64,000 nt of DNA from contig OX597814.1 of the NCBI GenBank assembly GCA_951406725.2, positions 84,568,001-84,632,000 of the forward strand, read 5' to 3'. Of this stretch, positions 42,501 through 54,769 are shown piece by piece (within the stretch, counting starts at the first letter, position 1; each line of letters begins with the position of its first letter). The position numbers were made by a program, and so were the translations under genes. The notes beneath the pieces were generated by a model. The model worked only from the letters and a program-made list of their open reading frames with translations, was not told the origin of the DNA and did no database searches. The DNA comes from Octopus vulgaris (Eukaryota).

Positions 42501-45500
42501 AGATATCAATATTGTTAATTTTTTGGCATTTTATTTTTATTTTTACCAAAGGCTAGCATAGACAAGTTAGTTGATGAAAAGGATTCTATAACCACATGCA
42601 AAGAAGACACACTTGAGAAAAGAAGAAAGCAGGTGAGTCTTTAGAGACATGATTTTGACAAATAACTTTTGAAACATTGAAATTTCATGCCATTGTTTAT
42701 ATCAAACAAAAACTAATAAGAGTAAGTAATTTTTGTTGGACATTAGAAGTGGTGACTTGACCTGACTGTTTTAGTTGAAGTGTGAAAGTTTGATCATGTT
42801 GTGATATACAGTAAATCTGTTTCAGCATGTTTTATAGTATTGTGTGACTGTACGGTTATGTTCTGTTTACTTTACTGTGTTGGTTTTTTTTCATTAGCAG
42901 CAGAGGTGGACTCTGTTAGCGTTGATAGTCTAGATTTCTCTGGTTCTGAGGACACTTATAACATGGCATAATGCTTGGTAATATTTCATGCTTTGCGGCA
43001 TTTCATCCATCTTTACATTCCAAGTTCAAATTTCACTGAGGTTGATTTTGCCTGTCATCCTTATGGGGTCGATAAAATAAGTACCAGTTGAGAACTGGGG
43101 TCAATTTAATCAACTTGCCTCCTCCTCCAAAACTGCTGGCCTTCTGCCAAAATTTGAAGCCAATATTTCTAAAGAAAATTTTCAAAAATAAAATGTAGAA
43201 GTTTTGAAATAAAACAGAATTTAAAACGGTACAATTTACAATAATTTCAAAATTTTAGAATTTTTGTTTTGTTTTTGCCTATTTTGTAATTTATTTTTGC
43301 ATGTATTTTGTTTTCTTGCTTCTTTTAGGCTGAAGAAATCCAACAGAAGGGTGTCAGTCAGTTAAAAAGCTACATGTCAATTATTCTCAAGTAAGTTTAT
43401 ATTGTGGTCTATTTTTTCAGAAACATCACTTTGCTGTCTGTTGACTTGTCATTACTTGAATGTCTTGTTTGTTCTACAGTTCAGGACTCTATGTGTTGTG
43501 TAGCTCAGATGGACCATTTCCATGAAAGTTAAAGCAAAACAGGTTTCAAAAACTTTTAGAGTGCCTTGAAAAATCACTATATGTCTATGTATTTGTAAAG
43601 GTGTGTTGAAATGGTTCATTTTCAACCAAGAGGCAAGCGAAGTTGATATAGAACCTCATCCGACGACAGGCACCCATGCCAACCCCCTTTGCTTGCAAAG
43701 ACATGTTGGGGCAAGCGAAATTGAAATCGAATTGAACCAGCCAGGACCCCTGGACTGGTGGTACGTAAAAAGCACTATCCAACTCGTGGCCGATGCCAGC
43801 GCCGCCTCGACTGGCTTCCATGCCGGTGGCACGTAAAATGCACCAATCCGACCGTGGCCGTTGCCAGCCTCGCCTGGCACCTGTGCAGGTGGCATGTAAA
43901 AAGCACCCACTACACTCACGGAGTGGTTGGTGTTAGCAAGGGCATCCAGCTGTAGAAGACTGGCTTCCGTGCCGGTGGCACGTAAAATGCACCAATCCGA
44001 CCGTGGCCGTTGCCAGCCTTGCCTGGCACCTGTGCAGGTGGCACGTAAAAAGCACCCACTACACTCACGGAGTGGTTGGCGTTAGGAAGGGCATCCTGCT
44101 GTAGAAACATTGCCAGATAAGACTGGAGCCTGGTGCAGCCTTCTGGCTTCCCAGATCCCCGGTCGAACCATCCAACCCATGCTAGCATGGAGAACGGATG
44201 TTAAACGATGATGATGATGATGATGATGATGATATTGATAGTGAAACAATTTGAGATCTACACTATTTGGAAGGTATAGAAAATATTTGTCTTGAAAATG
44301 TCACATACATTTTTGTCGAACATGTTGCACCAAGTAAATGAAAACTGTGACAACTGACATTTTTGCCTTGGAAACTCAGCATTTTAAAAAAAATTTCAAG
44401 ATCAATGTAAATAAACACCATGAGGCTTTCTATGCTGCTCTAGAGACATTCAAATAAATTGGCAGTTGATATTTTCAGGTGAAAAAAGTTATTTTGTGTA
44501 GTGTCATGTACATCAAACTTTTAAAATCCTCTTAAAAAGCATTCAGTGTACGTTACCGGTAAAAAAATTTTTTTTGCTCAATACTTGCTTGGGTAGTCAA
44601 ATTTTTCTGTGAAAAATGAATTAATACAATTCTTATAAATGTACAAGATTTTACGACATTCTGTCAGTTATGATGATGAGGGTTCCAGTTGATCCAGTAA
44701 ATGGAATAACCTACTTGTGAAATTAACATGCAAGTGCCTGAGTACTCCACAGACACGTGCACCCATAACATAGTTCTCAGGGAGATTCAGTGTGACACAG
44801 AATGTGACAAAACTGGCCTTTTGAAATACAGGTTCCACTCATTTTTGCCAGCTGAGTGGCCTGGAGCAGTGTGAAATAAAGTGTCTTGCTCAAGGACACA
44901 ACGTGTTGCCAGGAATTGAACTCATGATGGGCCTTCACTGTTCAAGATTTACAGCTTAGTTATTTCATAATTTGTATTTCTAATTGTTACATATGTCACA
45001 CTAGAAAGGCCTACATCAGCTCTAATCCAGTGGCACTATGATCAATATCTGTTCATCTGCGACCATCCTCAGTTTGTTTTACAATCAGTGTATTTAATAT
45101 GTGCGTGTTTGATGTGGCGGAAGAAGAAGCTGATTGACAAACTGGACTGTAACCACCTTATTCATAACAGAAATAGGTTGGTGGTTATAACAAGCTGGTT
45201 TTATAGTGTCTTGTTCAGTACTTTATTTCTTTAGGTTCAAGTTAGCCAATGAGAAATGTAAAACAGCGTCACAGATCATTATCATCCCAGTTAACAGTAA
45301 TAACTAAACTGTGGTGCATAACCTTGATCAGGAGGTAATTTCTTAGCAAACCAATTCTGATGCATGCTTTTAGCTCCTAGTTGGAAAAATTTGTTCTGCT
45401 ATTGTCATTAGCAAACCCATTAATTTCACTCGTCGGTTCTCTTTTCTCTTCTTGTACAATACTCTCTTGCTTAGTTTAGAAATCAATCCCTAAACTTCTT

Positions 45501-46149
45501 TTATTTTGATATTTGTTTGTATTTAGTTATGAGAAATCCGGTAAGGCTGCACTTTTGGAAGAGAAGAAGGAGAGATGTAAGAGTCTGAATGACAAAGTTG
45601 AGCGGATCACCAATAAAAGAAACCAATTACAAGATAGTGTGTCTAAAATCAGGAAAGAGTTGTCAAAAGAGAAGGTTGTTAAATTTTTTACTAATTTTTA
45701 TCTTTTATTTTTTTACTTGTTTCAGTCATTGAACAGCAACCATGCTTGGGCACTGCCTTGAAGTGTTTGAGTTGAGCAAATCGATCTCAGGACTTATCTT
45801 TTTTAAGTCTGGTACTTATTCTCTTACGGGGATGTGAGCTCACCAATATTTTGTTGTCAAGCAGTGGGGGTGGGGAGAGACAAATACAGAAACAGACACA
45901 CACACATAGATATATACTTATACATATATATACTCTTTACTCTTTTACTTGTTTCAGTCAGTTGACTGCGGCCATGTTGGAGCACCGCCTTTAGTCGAGC
46001 AACTCGACCCCGGGACTTATTCTTTGTAAGCCCAGTACTTATTCTATCGATCTCTTTTGCCGAACTGCTAAGTGACGGGGACATAAACACACCAGCATCG
46101 GTTGTCAAGCAATGCTAGGGGGACAAACACAGACATACAAACATACACG

Positions 46150-46184
<35 letters not shown>

Positions 46185-46450
46185 CATCATCATCATCATC
46201 ATCGTTTAACGTCCGCTTTCCATGCTAGCATGGGTTGGACGGTTCAACTGGGGTCTGGGAAGCCCGAAGGCTGCACCAGGCCAGTCAGATGTGGCAGTGT
46301 TTCTACAGCTGGATGCCCTTCCTAACGCCAACCACTCCGAGAGTGTAGTGGGTGATTTTATGTGCCACCGACACAGGTGCCAGACGAGGCTGGCAGACGG
46401 CCACGCTCGGATGGTGTTTTTTATGTGCCACCGACACAGCCACTCCTGCA

Positions 46451-46488
<38 letters not shown>

Positions 46489-46647
46489 ATGGGTTTCTTT
46501 TCAGTTTCTGTTTTCCAAATCCACTCATAGGGCTTTGGTCAGCCTGAGGCTATAGTAGAAGACACTTGCCCAAGATGCCACTAGTAGGACTGAACCTGGA
46601 ACCATGTGGTTGGTAAGCAAGCTACTTATCACACAGCCACTCCTGCA

Positions 46648-46695
<48 letters not shown>

Positions 46696-47428
46696 ATGGG
46701 TTTCTTTTCAGTTTCTGTTTTCCAAATCCACTCATAGGGCTTTGGTCAGCCTGAGGATATAGTGGAAGACACTTGCTCAAGGTGCCACACAGTGGACTAA
46801 ACCCGGAACCATGTGATTGGGAAGCAAGCTACTTACCACATGGCCACACTTGCACCTATGAGTTGTTTGTTGTTATTATTTAGGTTTTACTCACCTCTGA
46901 TCAAGCAGGGATTCCAGGCCTAATCATCCTATCCCTTTGTAAGTCATGAACTACATTGTTCAATGTAGTGTTTTATATTTAAGACGGTAAGGTGGGATTT
47001 GGGACAAATTTGGCTGCTGTTTTTAGCAGGTTGAATGATTGTACATGTGTCCCCACTGCAGCTAATGAACCCTGTTTGCATATACATAGCGACATTGTGA
47101 GGTTTGATGATTGACTTGCCTGCACACACACACACACATTTCTCCACTTCCTGCACGTCTGTTAATTAAGTGGTTAGTGACTGGAAGAGCATCAAATTCT
47201 AAAATTATTTACCCCAGCAATGTGCATGTGGTGAAACTTATGAAACCCATCATTCTTTGTAAACCTAGTAATTGTTCTACTGGTTTCTTTTGCCGAACCA
47301 CTAAGTTATGGAGACATAAACACACCAACATAGGTAGTCAAGCGATGGCAGAGGAGCAAACTCAGACACAAAGACACACACACACATACATACACACATA
47401 CAAATATATATATATATATATACATATT

Positions 47429-47470
<42 letters not shown>

Positions 47471-50400
47471 ACAGGCTTTTTTCAGTTCTTTGAGGTTCTG
47501 CCTACCAAATTCACTCACAGGGCTTTGGTTAGCCCAAGGCTATAGTAGAAGACACTTGTCCAAGGTGCCATGCTGTAGGACTGAACCTGGAGCTTCTTAT
47601 CACACAGCTACACTTGTACCTATAATTTTGTTGCATGTTTGTTTTATAACCTTTATTTTTATATTATAATTTGCTACAGACTTCTTATGATTTTTATTTT
47701 TAAAACTTGCTGCTTGTGAACATTTTAACTCTTTCTTTTTTTTTTTGCTTTGCATCAGATGAGGAAGCGGGAACTTGATGATACTTTTCTGTTACGTGAG
47801 AAAGAGAAAGACATTGAGAAATTGCAAGATAAAGTAGAAATTCTTAAGAAGAAACTCGGTGATTATGGTGACAGCAGTTTAGCTGAACAGCTTCGCTCAT
47901 TGAAGAAAAAGCAGGAAAAACTTGACAGGGAGGTTAGTTGATGTCTTCTTTTAGTTTTGTGCTGTGGTGTGTTGGTTGTGGAGTTGGTTATAATGCACTG
48001 TGTTTGTTGTAATATGCTGCTTTGGATATTTAACAGCTTTTGATATAGAACTGTGTTGAATGTGGTACCATATTAAGCATTCAATATAGTACTGTATTGA
48101 ATATATAATATTGTATTAGGTATTCAATATAATACTGTATGGAATGTATTATTGCATTAGATAAAGGCAGTGTGCTGACAGAATTGTTAACATGCTGGGC
48201 AAAATGCTTAGCGTCATTTCATCCATCTTTATGTTCTGAGTTCAAATTCTGCTGAGGTCGACTTTTCCTTTCATTCTTTCAAGGTCGATAAAATAAGAAC
48301 CAGTTGAATATTGGTGTTAATGTAATCGATTTATACCCACACTGAAATTGCTGGCATTGTACCGAAATTTGAAACCAATGTTGCGTCAAACATTCAATAT
48401 AGCTGCTCTTGTCTCGTACAATATTACTATTGTATGAGACAAGAGTAGCGAGCTAGCAGAATTGTTAGCACGCTGGGCAAAATGTTTAGTGGTATTTCAT
48501 CTGCCGTTATGTTCTGAGTTCAAATTCTGCCGAAGTCGACTTTGCCTTTCATCCTTTCAGGGTCAATTAAATAAGTACCAGTTATGCACTGGGGTCGATG
48601 TAATCAACTTAATCTCTTTGTCTGTCCTTGTTTGTCCCTTCAATGCTTAGCCCCCTGTGGGCAATAAAGAAATAAATATTGTATGAAACGTTTGATAAAG
48701 TACTATGTTGAATATAATATTATATTAGGCAGTGAATTGGCAGATTTATTAGAGCATTTGATTGAATGTGTTGTGGTATTAGTTCTGATTTGCTGTACTC
48801 TCTGAGTTCAAATCCTGCCAAGTTCAACTTTGCCTGTCATCCTTTCGGGCTTGATAATAAAGTAGGCACAGAAGTGGCTGTGTGGTAAGACGCTTGCTTC
48901 CCAGCCACATAGTTCTGGGTTCAGTCCCACTGCATGGCACTTTGGGTAAGTGTCTTATACTATAGCCTCAGGCCAACCAAATCCTTGTGAGTAGATTTGG
49001 TAGACAGAAACTGAAAGAAGCCTGTCAATTATATATATATGTATTTGTATGTCTATCTTTGTCCCCCCACCATCACTTGACACCGATGTTGGTGTGTTTA
49101 CATCCCTGTAACTTAGCAGTTCAGCCAAAGACCAATAGAATAAGTACTAGGCTTACAAAGAATAAGTCCTGGGTCGATTTGCTCGACTGAAGGCTGTGCT
49201 CCAGCATGACTGAAACAAATAAAAGAATAAACAATACTTATTCATAGTGGTGGATTGTTATAACTCTAAGAATGTCAGATCAGATACCTTGTGGTATTTG
49301 TTCTGGTTCTATACCTTTATGGTCAAATTCTACCCAAGTGCTTAAAAAGCTCTTGCCATCTCACAAGCCTAGTGTGGCAAGTAAAGCAAATACTCAAAAC
49401 AAAGGCTGGCACCAAACAAATAGTGCTAAATAGGATCAAGAGAAGAGGTTTCTCCAGATGGAGAGATATGTACCTTTGTGAATGAACGAATTGTTTTAAT
49501 ATGAAGTTTTGGATGAGGGTACTGCATAAAATATATGTTATATAGAGTATTACAACAATATTGATGCACTATTTATTGTGAGAGAGTGTTTTTCTGTTCT
49601 GGCATTGGCTATGATTCTATGTTAGTTGTAGAACTTTGGTTTCCTTTATATATTATCTAAAAAAAATAACCCTGTGTATCACAAATTTTGTCCTTGGGTA
49701 GCAACTGTTATTTCCTATTTGCTTACCCTCAGAACGTATTAAAAATGGCTAACATTTGCTTCAAACTTTGCTGTTGTTACATTTATTCAAACCCCAAAGA
49801 ATCTTTCTGAACACATGGCTATGATGTTCCCCATTACTCTTGCTCATGATTAGAGATGTACATACTGTCAGCCACTAAGAGACATACTCAAGTGGTTAAG
49901 ACAATGTTTCTCAACCTTTTTACCCTTGCGTAACCCTTAAAATAAATTACATGTCTCAAGGAACCCCTGCACAAAAAAACAATTATATACCATATCTTTC
50001 TCATTTTTTTCATTGTAGTTCATGTGGTAAATATCATATATATATCCCCCCAATGTTTTTGATAACATAATAGGTTATAACTATAAGAATGATGACATAA
50101 TAGGATAATATAATAGGTTATGACAACAAGATGATGTCTATATTACAATATTACAATAACCAATAATATGCTGTGCTTCTATAGTAATATTATGATCATG
50201 AAATTAGCATTAGCTTATCTCACTCTTTCTCGCGGAACCCTAGGGTTCCAGGGATCCCCAGTTGAGAAACACTGGGTTAAGGTAAAGCAACTGACAAGCA
50301 AATCTGTGGTATTGAGCTGATTATTGCTATAACAATATTTCTGCTTCAGCAACCTCGACACTGAATCTGTCTGAAATGTAATAAAGAAAAAGCAAAGTTT

Positions 50401-53400
50401 GAAGAATAGTGGTCATTTCCTTTGATTTCTAGATAGAAGCAAATAGGAAATAACACTTACTAACAAATGACAAACGACAAAAAAAAAATACAAATTTTGT
50501 TACCCAGTGTAATCACATCATACTTTCTCTTTGTTTTGTCTATAGAAAGACATTGCTGTAGGACGCCAAGATGGCTTTCAAGTACACATTGCTTCAATCA
50601 ATGAAGAACTTGCATCTGACATGTACAAAAATGCTTTCCAAAGATATCAGCAAACATTAATTGACTTACGGGTAAGTTGCTCCTCCCTTTGTATGTCTTA
50701 TGTTTTACTATCATATTAGTTTTTATGTGAAGCTGCATGGCCTAATGGTTAGAGTGTTGCACTCATGATTGCAAGGTCATGGTTTTGATTCCCAGACTGG
50801 CTGGATATTGTGTTCTGGAGCAAAACACTCCATTTCATGTTACTTCAGTCCATTCAGTTGCAAATGAGTAGCCTTGTGACAGACCAGTATTCTGTTCAGA
50901 GAGAATGTTGGCCTGCTTGCTTAGCCAGTGGGTTGGTATCATTTGAAGGCTACAACAATGCAAGGAAGTGCTTTCTGACCAGCGGTGTGTAACCACATCT
51001 AATAGTCTGTTTGATATAATAACACAGTGCATGTATGGAGGAATGGAAAGTTGTTGAGTGGTGATAGTTTGCTCCAAAGCTTGGAGAAGTTGATGTGTGG
51101 CTATAAAATATATGAGGGTGCATGGCCTAGTGGTTCAGGTGTTTCATTCACGATTGCAAGATTATGGTTTCAATTCTTGGACTGGGTAGTGTATTGTGAT
51201 CTTGAGCAAAACATTTCATTTCGTATTGCTCTGTAATCACTTGGACATCTGACTTGTGGCACACCGTGCACCAGTGCAGGCAATATCAATTTGCAGAAGA
51301 GAGTGGGCTAATGCGCTGCATAAGCATTTGATCACTATAAACAAATCATCTGTGCAGGTTGTTCAACAAGAAAGTGTAGGATTCTCATCTGTTGTCTATG
51401 ACCGGAGAATCTGTCATTGATATAGTTTGAACATTGTGTTCATTGTCCTTTTTTATTTTTTGTCAACTTATTCCATGCTAGTATGGGTTGTATAAAACTT
51501 CCTGATGCTAGCACAGGTTCTGCAAGACTTCCTGATGCCAAATTTTGTTTCCAATAGTTTTGTCTCATTGAAGTGCCAAGTTGGGGGACATAAGCAAACA
51601 TCACTGCTGTTCAACCAGTAACCATGCAAAGACATTATTCAACAATGTACTTTCAAGTAAAAATCCTGTACAAAGCTCAGGTGAAACCCTGCAATTGAAT
51701 ACTGCTCCCACAATTGGATCAGTGTTGCTACACATACAAACATGTGTTTTCTACACATACAGACATCTTAAAGCCCATTCCCTGGCATTGGTCAGACCAG
51801 GGTGAAAGTAAAAGAAACTTGCCCAAGATGGGATTGAATCCAAAATCACTTGGTAGTGAAACAAATTTATTAGCCATACATTCATGCCTGCATCTACATA
51901 CACACACAATGTATTTTATACACATATATAGAATGAACATTGTCTGAATAAAGGGCTTCATATAAATATACACACTAATACTTATTACAATGTACAATGA
52001 TTCAGTAAGTAGATGGTACTATGACTTTATAGGAAGAATATGTATATGGGCATGGCTGTGTGGTAAGAAGTTTGCTTCTCAACCACATGGTTCCAGGTTC
52101 AATCCCACTGAGTGGCACGTTGGGCAAGTATCTTCTATAGCCTCGGGCTGACCAAAATCCTGTGATTGGATTTAGTAGAGAGAAACTGAAAGAAGCCTGT
52201 TATGTGTGTGTTTGTATACGTCACTGTACTTTAGCAGTTTAGCAAAAGAGACCAAGAGAATGTACCAGGTTTAAAAAATAAGTACTGACGTCTATTCATT
52301 CAGCTAAAATATTTTTAGGCGGTGCCCCAGCTTGGTCACAGTCTAATGACTGAAACAAGTAAAAGATAACAATAACAGACAAAAAGTCATGGTTTTTAGA
52401 TACATCACTTTATGTTTGTCAATCAAATCCCACTGTGATCAGACTTTTTTCGCCCTCCCAGGGGCAATAAGTACCACTGAAGTATGCTGTGTGTCAAAAT
52501 TAGAAACCATGTTCATTATTATTGTTAGGGTGACGAGCTGATAGAGTCATTAACATACTGGAAAATGCTTAAGAACCTTCCCAATCACATGGTTCAGGGT
52601 TCAGTTCCACTGCATGGCACCTTGGGCAAGTGTCTTGTTCTATAGCCTTGTGAGTGGATTTGGTAGACACAAACTGAAAGTAGCTTGTCATATATACATG
52701 CATATATATCTATGTTACGTGTTTGTATTTGGCTCCCACTGCTTGACAACTGGCTGTGGTTGTTTACGTCCCTGTAACTTAGCTTTTCAACAAAGGAGAC
52801 CGATAGAATAATTACCAGGTTTTAAAAAAGAATATTAGTACTGGGGTCGATATATTCGACTAACAATTCTTCAAACAGTACTCCAGCAAGGCTACAGTCT
52901 AATGACCAAAACAAGTTTAAGAAAAAAAAACAGAAAAAGGACGTTTGTTTTGGAATTACTTTCTCAGTTCATATGCCGCCAAAGTTGACTTTGCCTCTCA
53001 ACATTTGGCGGTTGACAAAACAAGTATTACTCAAGTACTGGGGTTGATGTAATCCTCCCACACAAAATTTCTGGCCTTGTGCCAAAATTAGAAAGTATTA
53101 TTATTAACTTCATTGTTTTATTTAAAGTGCTTTGTCTATAGATATTCAAATAAGTAATTTTTTGAAATTTCAAGCTTACTACATTTTTGTTTTATTGTTA
53201 ATTTTATAGTTTTTTGTTTTTTAATTTTTTTGTTCAAACTTTTGTTTAGTCTGTTTGTGTAGACAGACCTACAATCAAAGTCTTTTATTTCAGCCATCGT
53301 GTCTTTTATTTTCAGACACACTAGATTGAAAATAAAGATATCCAGTGTGTTTTGCTAGTTTAAGATTGTAGGGTGTTATTTGAAGGAGATTTAACTGTTA

Positions 53401-54723
53401 TCTCTTGCATGTCAAGCAAGCATGTACAGATTCTTTCACTGTCTTCTTATACTTGAAGATCACATGGTCCCAAGTTCAGTTCCACTGTGTGGCACCTTGG
53501 GCAAGTGTCTTCTACTATAGCCATAGGCTGACCAGAGCCTAGTGAGTATATTTGGTGAAGAAACTCTGGAAGAAACCTGTTATGTGTTTGTGTGTGTTGC
53601 TCAGGGGTTAAAGCATCAGGCTCACAATCATGAGATACTGAGTTTGATTCCCAGACTGGGCTGTGTTGCGTTCTTGAGCAAATCACTTTATTTCATGTTG
53701 CTCAAGTTCACTCAGCTATAGAAATGAGTTGCAATGTTATTGGTGCCAAACTCTATGAGCCTTTGCCTTTCCCTTGGATAACATCAGTGGTGTGAAGAGG
53801 GGAGGCTGGTATGCATGGGAGATTGCTGATCTTCCATAAACAATCTTGTTCAGACTTGTGCCCCAGAGGGTAACTTTCTAGGTGCAGTCCCATGGCTATT
53901 CATAACCGAAGGGGGTTTTTACCCTTTATAGATAGACAGAGAGACACACATGATGGAGTTTCCTGTCATAAACGTGTGTGTGTGCATCATGGTATTACAG
54001 TAGCAACTGGACTATTGGATGTTGTTATACATCACTGGTCACAATGTGCTTCACATTATTTTAGCTTTTGCATGATGTCACCCCACTTCCTAGATGGTCA
54101 GACCAACATTCCTCTGAACAGAATGCCAGTACATTGCAGGATTACCCAATTACAACTGAGTAGACTGGACCAACATATAATGAAGTGCTCTGCTCAAGAA
54201 CACAATGGGAATTGAAATCATAATCTCATGACTGTGAGTGCAACACCCTAACCACTAGGCTAAGCGCCTTCACACACACACGCATGCACGTGTATGTGTG
54301 TATATGTATGTGTGTCTTACAGTCTCTTTGCTTTAACATCATGTGATAGTGGTAAAATTAATGCCTCCATCATGCAAGTGGTGTTTTTTGTTTCTAGTAT
54401 TCTGTAAAAACATGTCTGGTCATGGGGGAAATATTACTTTACTTGGAAACAGGTAAGGCTTACGATAGGAAAGGCATTTGGCTGTTTAACATGTGCAAGC
54501 ATGGAAAAGTGGAAGTTTAAAACATTGATGATGGTGTTTTGTTCTAACCTTCTTATCCCACTTCTTATTACTATAACTAACTTGTTTTCAGACCACTGAA
54601 ATGGCCAACTTAGATTTACAGAAATATTATGCGGCTCTTGATGTGTGAGTAATGAATTTTTTTTATTTTCCAGTAAGATAGATTCTAAATAAAATGTTTG
54701 TGTTTCTCTGATTATATAGACTG

Positions 54724-54769
<46 letters not shown>

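Noticed and set aside
43750-44110. CRISPR-like spaced repeats of GTGGCACGTAAAA(A/T)GCACC
   Set aside because: Internal subrepeats of a eukaryotic SINE-like family also present at 20280-20430 and 46350-46435; spacers are themselves repeated; no cas genes.
47111-47545. Long ORFs with [12 protein letters not shown] runs (also 2366-2737, 26405-26744 5' part, 54434-55336)
   Set aside because: Translations of microsatellites and low-complexity DNA.
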